DNA from: an uncultured Puniceicoccaceae bacterium
GTDB taxonomy: Bacteria; Verrucomicrobiota; Verrucomicrobiia; Opitutales; Oceanipulchritudinaceae
Assembly (NCBI GenBank): GCA_963933835.1
Contig: CAWVVV010000001.1
Location: 320,001 to 384,000, forward strand
Length of the DNA stretch: 64,000 bases
Direction: 5' to 3'
This document shows positions 22,280-33,113 of the stretch, in pieces. The notes under the pieces were generated by a model, which saw only the letters and a program-made list of their open reading frames with translations, searched no databases and was not told where the DNA came from. How positions within the stretch are numbered: the stretch's first letter is position 1; the number at the start of each line of letters is the position of its first letter. Position numbers and translations under genes: made by a program.

Positions 22280-22861
22280 CTAGCTATTTTTGGTTCTGCG
22301 AGCGGGCTTTTTCCGACCTTGGAGAAGATCGACGCGAAGAGCTAAGACCATCGATAGCACTACACCCACGGCATACAAATACATCCCCAATCTCGGGCGG
22401 ACGGTCGCCACTGGATTTGTCTGAGTCATGATCAGTGCGATCGCGACGAGAAAGACATCAAGCATCGCCCAGCGGGCAAAATAATGTAACCAGTGAAAGG
22501 CGGCTCGACGGCTTTTCGCTTGGAGAGGTAAATACCAAAGCAGGGCCAAAAAGATCAGTCGAAGAAGCGGCAAGACCAGCACAAAGAGCCCGACGACGAT
22601 ACTCAAAAAGTATTCCCCATCCTCATACAAGGAGAGCACACCTCCAAAAAGGGAATACTCAGTCTTCCAGACGACGAGCTTTTGAACTTCCATAACCGGT
22701 TGCGTGAAACCGATACCAAGAAAGAGCGCAGCACCCAACAAGAGCACGGGCACATCCCGATGACGACGAGCACGTCTAGCTAGAGAGCGAGAAGACACGA
22801 AGGAAAAGATGCATGATGATTGATAAATGATGAACCAAAAAAGAGCACTGCCCTCCTTCAC
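22280..22861 (-). CDS. Paraquat-inducible protein A (PqiA) family membrane protein
   Basis: YSLFGGVLSLY-GEYFL, RWAMLDVFLVAI, GMYLYAVGVVLSM. Start uncertain. Confidence 0.8.
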   Translation of the reverse strand: MKEGSALFWFIIYQSSCIFSFVSSRSLARRARRHRDVPVLLLGAALFLGIGFTQPVMEVQKLVVWKTEYSLFGGVLSLYEDGEYFLSIVVGLFVLVLPLLRLIFLALLWYLPLQAKSRRAAFHWLHYFARWAMLDVFLVAIALIMTQTNPVATVRPRLGMYLYAVGVVLSMVLALRVDLLQGRKKPARRTKNS

Positions 22862-22864
22862 TCG

Positions 22865-23854
22865 TCATCCATCAGTTAAGAGCTCTCTCGCTTTCACAAC
22901 ATCTTGCGTGATCTGCGCCTTCAGCGCTTCCAAGCCATCGAAGCGCTGCTCAGGCCGAATAAACGATAGCCATTCGACCGTAAGAGTATCGCCCTCTGCC
23001 CAACTCGGGACATCACCCAAGAGATGAACTTCAAGGAGAGGCGCAGACGCAGCGTCTTCCACCGTAGGGCGCAGACCGTAGTTAGCGACAGCAGGAAGCC
23101 GCTCACCATTCTCTCCACTCACCCGAACGGCATAGACGCCAAGGCGAGGCTTCGCTTCCGGAACATAAGGAAGATTGAAAGTAGGAAAGCCGATTGTGCT
23201 CCCCAACTGCCGCCCTCGAGCAATCTGACTCGAACAGCGATAAGGCATCCCCAACATCGTATTCGCTTCCTCAATACGGCCATTAGAAATCGTCCTACGC
23301 AAACGCGTCGAACTGACAGCCTCGTCGTTCCATTCAAAACGGGGAACCGCTTCAACCGTGACATTCTGCATCGCGAGACGCTCACGCAGGACTGCCGGTG
23401 TGCCGGCCCGCATCTGGCCAAAGCGAAAGTTTTCGCCGACATGAAGACTGGCCAAAGACGGAAAGGCTTTTACCAAAACCTCGGTAAAGTCCTCAGCCTG
23501 TAGTTGCGCAAAATCCAAAGTGAAATACTTCCAGATGATCGCTTCGATTCCCGCCTGAAAGAGTCGCCGTTCCTTCGCCTGCTCTGGGAAAAGCATTTCT
23601 GTCGGCTGATCGGGGCGTAATATCCGACTCGGGTGCGGCGTAAAAGTGAGGACGGCTGCAATTCCCCTATTCTCTTTCGCATGTTTTAGGGCAGATGCTA
23701 GAACGGCTTGATGGCCCAAATGCACCCCATCAAAAATCCCCATTGCGACGGACATCGGGAGCATCTTTGTCGGTGGATTTCCACTACGCCAAGTGACATG
23801 AGAATTCGGGAGATGAATCCATGAGCAAGGCGAATCTAGTGGGGGCACATCCAT
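22865..23854 (-). CDS. ribF: Bifunctional riboflavin kinase / FAD synthetase
   Basis: GIFDGVHLGHQ, TFTPHP, VGENFRFG, VSSTRLR, IGFPTFN, NYGLRPTV, LEVHL. Confidence 0.96.
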   Translation of the reverse strand: MDVPPLDSPCSWIHLPNSHVTWRSGNPPTKMLPMSVAMGIFDGVHLGHQAVLASALKHAKENRGIAAVLTFTPHPSRILRPDQPTEMLFPEQAKERRLFQAGIEAIIWKYFTLDFAQLQAEDFTEVLVKAFPSLASLHVGENFRFGQMRAGTPAVLRERLAMQNVTVEAVPRFEWNDEAVSSTRLRRTISNGRIEEANTMLGMPYRCSSQIARGRQLGSTIGFPTFNLPYVPEAKPRLGVYAVRVSGENGERLPAVANYGLRPTVEDAASAPLLEVHLLGDVPSWAEGDTLTVEWLSFIRPEQRFDGLEALKAQITQDVVKARELLTDG

Positions 23855-23868
23855 GAGCTGGAAAGATT

Positions 23869-24597
23869 CTACGAAATTACGTCACTCGGAACTGCTTGAT
23901 ACGGAGGAATGATCCATCGCTTGATCGTGCTTGCTTCAAGCTCTTCAAACTCTTCCAGCTCAAGTGAATCTTCGATCGCGAACTTACCGATCTCAGTGCG
24001 GCGGAGATTTTTCAGGTGAGCACCACATTCAAACTTTTCGCCCATATCGTGGACCAGGGTGCGAACGTAGGTGCCTTTACTGCAAGCGAAAGTAAAATCG
24101 AACTCTGGTGACTCCCAGCGGTCGAGCTTCATTGAAGCGACACGAATAACGCGCGCCTCCCTTTCGATCTCTTTACCCTTGCGAGCTAGCTTGTAGAGCG
24201 GAACCCCACCGACCTTTTTGGCCGAGAACATCGGGGGCATTTGATACTGGTCGCCTTCAAAACTCTTAAACATCTCCAGCATTTGTTCCTCCGTTATGTC
24301 CGGAACAGGGCGTTCTTCAACGATCTCACCTTCAGCATCTTGAGTCGTCGTAGAGGCACCAAACACGCCCGTGCCTTCGTAAACCTTATCAAGGCCCATG
24401 AGATACTGGGACAGTTTTGTCGCTTTCCCGACGAGGATAATCATTAAGCCCGTCGCGCTCGGATCAAGCGTCCCGGCGTGGCCGATTTTCTTCATTCGAA
24501 GCTTACGGCGAACACGGTCAACGACGTCGTGTGACGTCATGCCTGATGGTTTATCGATGAGGAGGACCCCCACATAATCTCCGGATGGAACGGACAT
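23869..24597 (-). CDS. truB: tRNA pseudouridine(55) synthase
   Basis: [39 protein letters not shown]. Confidence 0.97.
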   Translation of the reverse strand: MSVPSGDYVGVLLIDKPSGMTSHDVVDRVRRKLRMKKIGHAGTLDPSATGLMIILVGKATKLSQYLMGLDKVYEGTGVFGASTTTQDAEGEIVEERPVPDITEEQMLEMFKSFEGDQYQMPPMFSAKKVGGVPLYKLARKGKEIEREARVIRVASMKLDRWESPEFDFTFACSKGTYVRTLVHDMGEKFECGAHLKNLRRTEIGKFAIEDSLELEEFEELEASTIKRWIIPPYQAVPSDVIS

Positions 24598-24645
24598 AAT
24601 AGAAATAGTATTAGTTGTTAGTTCTGTAGTGAAAGTCTTCTACAG

Positions 24646-25635
24646 CTACAGGTTTTTAAAATGCTCTTCGAGCGTTATCTTCAAGACAGGATAAAAATCA
24701 TCAAGCGGCGTATCTGGATTGAAGCCAGCCGCACACGCATGGCCACCGCCATTAAAGTTCTTTGCTAGCTTATCAACACGCTGAATTGGATCCTTGGAAC
24801 GGAAGCTTCCCTTCAGCACACCCAGCTCCTGCTCCTCGAGGAGGATGCCGATATCAATACCATCGATCGCACGCGCATAATCAACGAGGCCTTCAGTGTC
24901 TTCTTTCAAAGCACCGGTCTCAGCAAAGTCCGTCGCCCGCAGGATACCGACGCAAACGCGGTTGTCGCAGAGATACTCAAAACTCGCGAGGAAACGCTGT
25001 AGAAGGGCGAGCTTTGCTGGACTTTCTTTCTCGTAGAGTTCCAAGGCCGCTGCAGCTGGGTCGGCCCCGTAGTCCATCAGTTCGCGGCAGATGTCGAAGG
25101 TCTGCTTCGTTGTCTGACTGAAACAAAACTGGCCCGTATCGGTCGCGATGCCGATGTAAAGTGCTTGGGCGGTAACGGCGTCAAAATCATAGCCATTGTC
25201 GACGAAGATACCCGCCAGCATTTCACCCGTTGCTGAGCTTGAACCATGGATCAGGTTTACTTCTCCGTAGAGTTCATTCGAGATATGGTGGTCGATATTA
25301 AGAGCAACCTGTGGAAAGTGTTCTTGTAGTGGATTTCCAAGACGCTTCCGCCCCGCGCAGTCTACCGAGACAGCCACACGGCCTTCGAGGTCGGCTTCGG
25401 AATCTAGGAAGAAAGGGGTGTCTTGAACAAAGCTAGCACACATCGGCGGCACTTCGTGATGATTTACACCCATCGCGTCGATCCCCTTCGAAATAAGAAA
25501 ACGGGTCACTGCGACTTGAGAGCCAATGCAATCGCCGTCGGGGCGAACGTGACCGAGGACAGCGACCTTCTTGCCTTGAAGGCTCTCAACAGCAGCAGCG
25601 AATTTTGGGGAAAGTTGTGGATAGAACATAGTCAA
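24646..25635 (-). CDS. nrnA: DHH-family oligoribonuclease / pAp phosphatase
   Basis: GHVRPDGDCIGS, NIDHH, GIATDTG, GGGHACAAG, in the usual rbfA-truB context. Confidence 0.9.
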   Translation of the reverse strand: MTMFYPQLSPKFAAAVESLQGKKVAVLGHVRPDGDCIGSQVAVTRFLISKGIDAMGVNHHEVPPMCASFVQDTPFFLDSEADLEGRVAVSVDCAGRKRLGNPLQEHFPQVALNIDHHISNELYGEVNLIHGSSSATGEMLAGIFVDNGYDFDAVTAQALYIGIATDTGQFCFSQTTKQTFDICRELMDYGADPAAAALELYEKESPAKLALLQRFLASFEYLCDNRVCVGILRATDFAETGALKEDTEGLVDYARAIDGIDIGILLEEQELGVLKGSFRSKDPIQRVDKLAKNFNGGGHACAAGFNPDTPLDDFYPVLKITLEEHFKNL

Positions 25636-26010
25636 TTATGTGTCTTCTATATCATCGGCTTCGCTAGGGGCTTCCTCGAGCCCAAGTTTATCGAAGATAT
25701 TATTTAAGCGTTCAGCTTGCTCCAGCCCCTCGTGATAGAGGAATTCCAAAGACGGCGAGTATTTGAGCACGACGGTGCGCACGACCTCGCGCTGTATCGC
25801 GTATCCATTAAGACGAAAGAATTTCTTAGTTTCCGCCTTTTGCAGGTCTCCTCCCACGACAGAATAGAAGACACGGGCACGACGCAGATTCGGGATCGTA
25901 TCGACTTCGACGATCGTCACTGCTGTTGAGCTACCTCGAAACCGGGTATGCAGCACTTGGCTGATTTCCCGCTTTAGAAGCTCGTTAACTCGTATGACAC
26001 GCTGTCCCAT
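25636..26010 (-). CDS. rbfA: Ribosome-binding factor A
   Basis: RVNELLKREIS...ARVFYS...LKYSPSLEF, directly downstream of infB. Confidence 0.93.
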   Translation of the reverse strand: MGQRVIRVNELLKREISQVLHTRFRGSSTAVTIVEVDTIPNLRRARVFYSVVGGDLQKAETKKFFRLNGYAIQREVVRTVVLKYSPSLEFLYHEGLEQAERLNNIFDKLGLEEAPSEADDIEDT

Positions 26011-26042
26011 TGAATCCTTCCAAGGTCAAAAGAACCGGAGAC

Positions 26043-28538
26043 CTAGAGGCTTGGCTTGATCTTCTCGGTCTCAAAGACCTCGATGACGTCACCTTCCTTG
26101 TAGTCCTGATAATCCGCGATTGCGATACCACACTCGTAGCCGGCGCGGACTTCCTTGGCGTCGTCCTTGAACCGCTTGAGAGTCTGCACCGTGCTTTTGT
26201 AAACGGAATCTTTTCCACGCATGAGAACAGCCTTGGCGTTTCGCTGAACCTTACCTTCGGTGACCATGCAACCCGCGACAAAGCCACGCCCAAACGGGAA
26301 GACCGCACGGACTTCTGCTGCACCGACCTTGACTTCGCGGAGCTCTGGCTCGAGCTGATCGGCCATGACATCCTTAATCGCGTCAATCAGCTCGTAGATG
26401 ATTGTGCCGGAGATGACCGTGACGTCCTGGTGTTTAATGATCGGATTGACGCCGTTCTCGATGCCGACGTTGAAGGCAACGACCGCAGCCGTTCCTGCGC
26501 TCGCACGCATAACGTCGTTTTTCGTCACCGGACCTACGCCCGTATCGATGACTTCGAGATCGATCTTGTCGCTCTCAATCGCGAGTAAACTTGTAGCGAG
26601 TGCTTCGGCTGTGCCGTAAACGTCCGCCTTGATAACAACACGGTAATTCGCCTTCTTCGTCTTCGCGATGGCGGCAAAAATGTCTTCGATCGTAGCGACT
26701 CCAACACCTTCGGTGCGGCTGGCAGCTTCGAGCTTCTTGCGTTCGAGTTCGTTGTCTTCGCCCTCACGTTTGGCAATGCGCTCGTTTTTGCGCTGGCTGA
26801 AAATGTCTCCTGCAGCGGGCGGACCGGACCAACCAACGATATTCACTGGAGTTGATGGGGGGGCGGACTTGATAGCCTTGCCCTGGTCATTGATCAACTG
26901 GCGCACGCGGCAGTAATGCTCACCACAGACAAGAGCATCGCCTGGCTTCAATGTTCCCTTTTGGACAATCACCGATGCGGTGCAACCACGGCCGATTTCC
27001 TTCTGCGCCTCGAGGACGACGCCTTCGGCAGGGGCATTCGGATTCGCTTTGAGCGTCTCGAGGATCTCTGCCTGGAGGAGCACGATGTCGAGAAGCTCGC
27101 TGATGCCTTCGCCCTTGATCGCAGTGGTCTTGGCGAAAAGCGTTTCGCCACCCCACTCTTCGGGAGTGAGTTCGCGCTCCTGCATCTGACGCATGACCTT
27201 TTCGACGTTCGCGCCAGGGGCGTCCATCTTGTTGATCGCGACAACGACGGGCAGGCCAGCTTTACGGATATGGCTAAGCGCCTCATCGGTTTGCTTCATG
27301 AAGCCGTCGTCTGCAGCAACGACGAGAATCGCGATGTCGGTCATATTCGCACCACGAGCACGCATGTTCGAAAACGCGGCGTGACCGGGGGTGTCAATGA
27401 ATGAAATTTTCTGCTCTTTGTGCTGTATCTGATAAGCAGCTACGTGCTGGGTAATGCCTCCGGCTTCACCGTCGACGACATTGCTCTTCCGAATCGCATC
27501 GAGGAGGGTCGTCTTTCCGTGGTCAACGTGTCCCAAAATGCAGACCACCGGTGGGCGAGGTTCCATGAGCGCAGACTCATCGACATCCTCTTCCACTTCT
27601 TTCTTCGGCTGCTGACCTTCACCACGGTGACGGATTTCCAATACGAAACCCGCCTTGCGAGCAAGCTGCTGGGCAACGGGCTCTTCAATCGCGGTGTTCA
27701 TCGAAGCAAAGATGCTGAGCTCCATGAGCTCTGAGATGAGCTGGAAGGGCTTGCGACCGATCTGGATAGCAAAGTCGCGCACCACGATCGGCGTTTTGAC
27801 CTGAAGTTTTTTAAGATCCGAAGTATCGTCTTCAGTTCCTTCGACCTCAGCTTCTTCAGCACCTTCAACCGGCTCTATCTGCTCACCCTCGTCGGCTGAC
27901 GACGGCGTAGCTGCTGGCGGAATAGGGGGGCGGGAAACGGATGGAGGGGCGCTGATACGCGGCGGCGAAACAGGCGCTGGACCAGAGCGAGGCGGAGTAG
28001 CCGTCGGCGGAGCCTTGGCAGCGGGTGCCTCAGGTGTAGGCTCTGGCTGCTTAATGTCGGTCCGAAGAGCTGGACCACGACCAGGCAAGCTGGGAGCTTT
28101 AGAGGGAACGTTGACTGCGAGTGGAGCAACCGGCGACGGTTGACGAATCGTCACGGTTGGGCCGCCTGGGAGCGGTGGTGGTGACTTACGCCCACCCGGA
28201 GCTGGTGGTGCCAAAGGCGGTGGCCCTTTTTGAACCAATGCTTCTTCTGCTTCCTTTTCGCGTGCAGCCCGCTCGCGCTGAATGTCCTCCTTCGATCGAA
28301 CGAGGGCAGCAGCTGGAGGAGCAACTGGGGCAGCCTTTTTAACCGGCTCAGGAGCGGCGGGCACTTCGGCAGGTTTCTCGCTCGCGCTAGTATACTCACC
28401 GCGGAGACTCTCCGCTGAAATATTGTCAACCGTACTGGAGGCGCTCTTGATCTGGTAACCTCGGTCCCGCAAAAGCGCGATCAGTTCGGCATTACTCATG
28501 CCGAGGTCTTTGGAAAGCTCGTATATGCGAACACTCAT
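26043..28538 (-). CDS. infB: Translation initiation factor IF-2
   Basis: [10 protein letters not shown], Pro-rich linker, [31 protein letters not shown]. Confidence 0.98.
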   Translation of the reverse strand: MSVRIYELSKDLGMSNAELIALLRDRGYQIKSASSTVDNISAESLRGEYTSASEKPAEVPAAPEPVKKAAPVAPPAAALVRSKEDIQRERAAREKEAEEALVQKGPPPLAPPAPGGRKSPPPLPGGPTVTIRQPSPVAPLAVNVPSKAPSLPGRGPALRTDIKQPEPTPEAPAAKAPPTATPPRSGPAPVSPPRISAPPSVSRPPIPPAATPSSADEGEQIEPVEGAEEAEVEGTEDDTSDLKKLQVKTPIVVRDFAIQIGRKPFQLISELMELSIFASMNTAIEEPVAQQLARKAGFVLEIRHRGEGQQPKKEVEEDVDESALMEPRPPVVCILGHVDHGKTTLLDAIRKSNVVDGEAGGITQHVAAYQIQHKEQKISFIDTPGHAAFSNMRARGANMTDIAILVVAADDGFMKQTDEALSHIRKAGLPVVVAINKMDAPGANVEKVMRQMQERELTPEEWGGETLFAKTTAIKGEGISELLDIVLLQAEILETLKANPNAPAEGVVLEAQKEIGRGCTASVIVQKGTLKPGDALVCGEHYCRVRQLINDQGKAIKSAPPSTPVNIVGWSGPPAAGDIFSQRKNERIAKREGEDNELERKKLEAASRTEGVGVATIEDIFAAIAKTKKANYRVVIKADVYGTAEALATSLLAIESDKIDLEVIDTGVGPVTKNDVMRASAGTAAVVAFNVGIENGVNPIIKHQDVTVISGTIIYELIDAIKDVMADQLEPELREVKVGAAEVRAVFPFGRGFVAGCMVTEGKVQRNAKAVLMRGKDSVYKSTVQTLKRFKDDAKEVRAGYECGIAIADYQDYKEGDVIEVFETEKIKPSL

Positions 28539-28585
28539 AAATTGTTAGTCAGTCAAAAAGCGCAAAAAGCGGGTAAAGAAACAGC

Positions 28586-29839
28586 TTAGGAAGCTTGGTC
28601 GGTTCGGAAGTCAGCGACCATCTTAACGAGTTGAGTCGAGTCAGTCTCAGTAAATCCAAGGGCTTCGAGGTCTTTCGACTCAACCCCTTCAAAGGTCTCT
28701 GGCGAGGTAAAGCCATTCGAAACGAGGAAGGCCGCAACCTCCTGAGAGATGCCAGCGATCGCCTGCCATTTCGTGATCCCCTCGCGCATCATTTCGTCGA
28801 AACCAACCTCCAAGACTGGCTCCTTGGAGATATCTAGTTTCCAGCCGAGCAACTTGCTCGTGAGGCGGGCATTCTGTCCGCGGCGACCGATTGCGATGGA
28901 GAGATCGTCTTCGCCAACTTCAAAGTAAATGCGGCGAGCTGGTTCATCGACTTTTACGTTACGAGGAACCGCAGGCTTGATTGCTTCGTGGAGAAATTCT
29001 ACGGCATCTTCCCTCCATGGAATGATGTCGATTTTCTCACCACCAAGCTCACGAACGATGCTCTTAACCCGAGCTCCACGAGCACCTACGCAGGCGCCAA
29101 CGGGATCGACTTTCGTATCCGTAGAGCGGACAGCAATCTTCGTCCGGTAACCAGGTTCACGGGCGATCGAATCGAGGACGACAGTGCCATCCGCGATTTC
29201 AACGACTTCGAGTTCAAAGAGGCGGCGGACAAAACGCACACTGGCGCGGGAAAGAATCAATTCTGGGCCGCGATTTGTCGGCTCAATGTTTAAAAGGAGA
29301 CAGCGGATGCGCTCGCCTGGGGCGTAATCTTCACCCTGGACGCGCTCACGCGGTGGGAGAATGGCCTCAGCTTTACCCAGATCGATAACGAGATTACCAC
29401 GCTCACGACGTCGGACGGTGCCCGATACGATGTCGCCGACCTGATCCTTAAAGTCATCATAGATGCGTTCTTTCTCGAACTGACGGAGGCGCTGCATGAT
29501 CGCCTGGCGCGCCGTTTGAGCTGCGATCCGACCAAGAAGATTCGGATCCATTTCCTTCTCAATGAAGAGGCCTGTTTTCGCATCGGGATTGAGTTCCCGA
29601 GCCTTTTCAATGTGGATCTCCGTTTGTGGATCACTCACAGAATCAACCACTTCCATGATTGACCATGCCTTCAAAGCACCCGACTTCGGGTTGACTTCTA
29701 CACGCAGTTCTACACCCGCATTGACGCCCTTGAGGGCGGCTCCACGGATAGCACTGGCGATCGCCCCGATCATATCTTCACGGGGGATGCCCTTCTCTTT
29801 CTCCATGTATTCGAGGACTGAAAGGATCTCTTGGCTCAT
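28586..29839 (-). CDS. nusA: Transcription termination/antitermination factor NusA
   Basis: [44 protein letters not shown]. Start at ATG 29839. Confidence 0.97.
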   Translation of the reverse strand: MSQEILSVLEYMEKEKGIPREDMIGAIASAIRGAALKGVNAGVELRVEVNPKSGALKAWSIMEVVDSVSDPQTEIHIEKARELNPDAKTGLFIEKEMDPNLLGRIAAQTARQAIMQRLRQFEKERIYDDFKDQVGDIVSGTVRRRERGNLVIDLGKAEAILPPRERVQGEDYAPGERIRCLLLNIEPTNRGPELILSRASVRFVRRLFELEVVEIADGTVVLDSIAREPGYRTKIAVRSTDTKVDPVGACVGARGARVKSIVRELGGEKIDIIPWREDAVEFLHEAIKPAVPRNVKVDEPARRIYFEVGEDDLSIAIGRRGQNARLTSKLLGWKLDISKEPVLEVGFDEMMREGITKWQAIAGISQEVAAFLVSNGFTSPETFEGVESKDLEALGFTETDSTQLVKMVADFRTDQAS

Positions 29840-29861
29840 ATCTGAAAAAATGCTAACACCT

Positions 29862-29895
29862 AAAAACAAAAAAGAGCGGGCAGACGCCCACTCTC
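29862..29895 (-). promoter_or_regulatory. rimP/nusA-leader-like hairpin with U-tract
   Basis: Minus strand reads AGAGTGGGC-GTCT-GCCCGCTCT-TTTTTGTTTTT just upstream of nusA, like the GAGTGGG...CCCACTC leader of rimP-nusA-infB operons. Confidence 0.7.
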
Positions 29896-30178
29896 CTCGG
29901 TCCTTTGAGAATGTGAAGGCAAGAAAGAAGAAGAGGAGCGGCTCCTTGTCAAGGGTGCCTTGATTCTCACCCTAAACAAGCCAACACTCGAACGAATCCT
30001 TGCCCTGAGCGAGGTAGGTGATCGCTAGATGACGAACGTTGCTGGGTATATCTTACCCTGAGAGCTCATGAGCGGCTGAAATTCCCGCATTGACCCTACG
30101 TATATATCCGTGCATACACTAGGGACATTCGCCTATATAATCGTTTATGGGCAATGAAGCATCTCCGTCTCTGTCTTT

Positions 30179-31010
30179 ATGAAAACTCTCCACGCGCTCA
30201 CCCTTGCCACTCTATCACTGGCTCTCTCATCTGGGCTTTATGCCCAAGTTAATGCAGTCACCTCTAACTTGGCCATAGAGATTACTTTTTAAGGAGCTTT
30301 TTACCATAGCGGCCCTGATGACGCGAGCAACGACATGGAGCTCTACATCGAAGAGCCTTACGAAGGCACAAGCAGCGGTCCTAGCGGCGCCGACTCAATA
30401 GGAACTCGTTCGTATTCGTTTACGATCAACGGGGCGACCCCAGACTTCGATTTTGATGCTGTCGCCTTAAGCCCTGGAGATACGCTCGAATATGTCATGT
30501 CAGCTTCAGCATCTGCTGGCCCAGGCAGCGCAGATTTCGCGCGGCTCTTTCTTGAAACTAATATTAACGGCGATCTCTACCCCGATTTTGAAAACTACGA
30601 CGAGATCACCCTTGTGTTTGATTACGATTGGTCCTGGAGCTCAACCTTTACTCGGCACCCTTCACCCGATGGCGCAGCCTTCTCGTCCCTCCTCCTCGGC
30701 TACAATGCCGTGGGCGAAGAAGGTGAGCAGTTCACGGACATCAACTACGCGGACATTGGCCTACCTGACGTAGACGACACCTACAATATCGGCATCGGCT
30801 CCCACCTTCACGACGGACTACCTCACGATCTTGATTTCGCAGGAACGGGTCAGATCCAGCTCACATTCACCACCGACGAGAGCTACGTAGATATCTCATT
30901 CTATAATGAGCCTGAGGCCTATGCGGCGATGGATGCTATCCCCGAAAGCCTCTTCAGCATTCTACGCAGTCTGCATCGGGCTTATTCCGCTCCTCCGCCG
31001 TCGGCGATAA
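30179..31010 (+). pseudogene. PEP-CTERM-type exported protein with nonsense and frameshift lesions
   Basis: ATG 30179 encodes the signal peptide MKTLHALTLATLSLALSSGLYA. An in-frame TAA near 30290 precedes ORF 30335. An extra base after IPE shifts out the tail ASSAFYAVCIGLIPLLRRRR* (stop at 31010). Confidence 0.8.
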
Positions 31011-31016
31011 GAACAG

Positions 31017-31958
31017 CTAGACTCCAGACCTATTGCGCGGATGAAACTCGGCGTGCGCGCTGAATAGACGCTCGGCATCGACTTTCGTGTATATCTCAGT
31101 CGTAGAGATGTCGGCGTGTCCGAGCATTTCCTGAATCGCGCGGAGGTCAGCCCCACGGCTGAGTAGGTGGGTTGCAAAGCTATGTCGCAAAATATGTGGC
31201 TTCACATGTTCTCGACGGATCCCTGCCCGCTCGGCGTAGACCTTGATCCAATGCCAGACGGTCTTGCGGCTCATTCCGCTGCCCCGGTTGCTCAAAAACA
31301 AAACGCTGCCGGTCTTCGGGCCGACAAAGTCAGGTCGACCGTGGGCCAGATAGCGCTGGACCGCATCAACCGCCGCGCTCCCGACCGGTACGAGCCGATC
31401 CTTATTACGCTTCCCCGCCACGACGCGTAGAAAGCCCTCGTCCAAGTCAATCTCACTCATCTCGAGCACACACAGCTCAGAAACCCGTAGTCCACTACTA
31501 TAAAACAGTTCAAGAATCGCCCGATCCCGCAGGCCTTGTGGCGTGTGCCGACTCGGTGCTTCGATGAGCGCCTCGACTTGCTCCGCCGAGAGTGTGCCAG
31601 GCAAGCTCCGCCGTTGTTTCGGCGCATCGAGCAGCTCGGTAAAATTGTCCTGCCGTACCTTTTCCTCGATCAAGTAGCGGGCCATACCTTTAAGCGCGCT
31701 CAGTTTGCGCGCCTGAGATGCGGGCGATAGCGCTGCCTCCCCCAACGACTGCAACCACGCCGCGGCATCTTCCGTCTGCACCGCCGACCAGCTCGACAGC
31801 TTCCGCTTCTTGGCAAAAAACAACACCGCCTGAGCAATGTCTCGCTCATACCCACTCACGGTATGCCGCGATCGCCCTTTCTCCAACTCGAGAAAGACAA
31901 GCAAGCCATCCAATGGCTCCGCCCAAGCTGGCGGAAGATCTGAGGAATCCAGTCCCAC
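31017..31958 (-). CDS. xerD: Tyrosine recombinase XerD
   Basis: [66 protein letters not shown], FHPR. Confidence 0.9.
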   Translation of the reverse strand: [313 protein letters not shown]

Positions 31959-32056
31959 TCACAAAACCTGCCATCAACTGAAGGACACGAAAAGCGCAAA
32001 GAGAACCCAGCTCAGGTTCCAATTAAATTATAGTCTGCAAATTCTGAGTATCAACT

Positions 32057-32989
32057 TTAACGGAGTTCCGTATCCCAACTTCCGTCAGATGTTTCCTTCG
32101 CTTCAAGCTGAGCCGATTCGAGCTCTTTTTCGCCACTAAAGGCCCTGGCTTCGATTCGGGCAGTTCTATTACCGAGGTCCCCGTTTAGACGGGTGATTGC
32201 GACTTCAAAACGCAATTCAGATCCCGCATCCTCCCAAGATACAATTTCACCTCTTTCGGGCGTGGCCAAGAGTTGGGCAAGCCCATCACGAAACTGAGCC
32301 CGTATCTCGTCCGTGATCTGGACGCGGCCAAAAACATTGCTCCCTATTCCGGAGACCATGTTGACCGGAGCCTTTATGATCCCTGTGAAAAAACCCTGGG
32401 CAGCTCCTTCGGCGGCTTCCTTACCCGCGATGCGGATATCATCGGTAAGTTCATTGGCGTCTTCGATATAATCAGGAATCGCGATCCGCACTGCTTCCAC
32501 TTCCGCCAGGATCGCAGGGATCTGAGTCTGGATCCCTTCCACTTGTTCAACGATCGCCGGAACTTCACCTCTCACCGCCTCGACTTCTGCCAGTATATCG
32601 GGAATCTGTGCCTGTATGCTCTCCACCCGTTCCAATATAGGGGGAATCATTTCACGTATATTCTCCACTTCCGATACGACGCTCGGGATTGCTTCCCGGT
32701 AGGCGGCCTCGGTGAGCAACACTGGTAATGATTCCCTGATTTTCTCCATTTCTACACGAATATTTGCCACCTCTTGCACGACCGAAGGCAGAATCTCGGT
32801 GATCACATCAACTCTTTCGAGGACAGGAGAAATCTCACCGCTGACTGCTTGAATTCCTTCCACGACGGGTGGCAGTCCGTCACCTACTTTTTTCAATGTC
32901 ATAGCGAAGTAGACCAAGGCCCCCGCCAGTATGACTAGGGCTAGCGCTAGAACATAAGACGCGATGGAACGAGAAGGATTAGAAGCCAT
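32057..32989 (-). CDS. Membrane-anchored protein with 14-residue amphipathic repeats
   Basis: N-terminal TM helix, about 9 repeats of the IPAILAEVEAVRGE type, a Gly/Ala-rich segment and a small C-terminal domain. Confidence 0.8.
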   Translation of the reverse strand: MASNPSRSIASYVLALALVILAGALVYFAMTLKKVGDGLPPVVEGIQAVSGEISPVLERVDVITEILPSVVQEVANIRVEMEKIRESLPVLLTEAAYREAIPSVVSEVENIREMIPPILERVESIQAQIPDILAEVEAVRGEVPAIVEQVEGIQTQIPAILAEVEAVRIAIPDYIEDANELTDDIRIAGKEAAEGAAQGFFTGIIKAPVNMVSGIGSNVFGRVQITDEIRAQFRDGLAQLLATPERGEIVSWEDAGSELRFEVAITRLNGDLGNRTARIEARAFSGEKELESAQLEAKETSDGSWDTELR

Positions 32990-33113
32990 TCCTCTATTCA
33001 GTTAAAAGCTACCCACATGGCAAGTTCTGCTAGAAACTCGATTTCCACAATGACAGCGGTGAGTGGGCTTTGAACGCCTAAAACCCTAACTTGCCCTAGG
33101 GACAAATTCCACT

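Noticed and set aside
29960..30170. Possible small gene or ncRNA upstream of nusA
   Set aside because: No convincing ORF or stable structure could be supported by eye.
31017..31958. Tyrosine recombinase as a phage or integron integrase
   Set aside because: Length and motifs fit housekeeping XerD. I saw no integron-specific insertion, att sites or mobile cargo.
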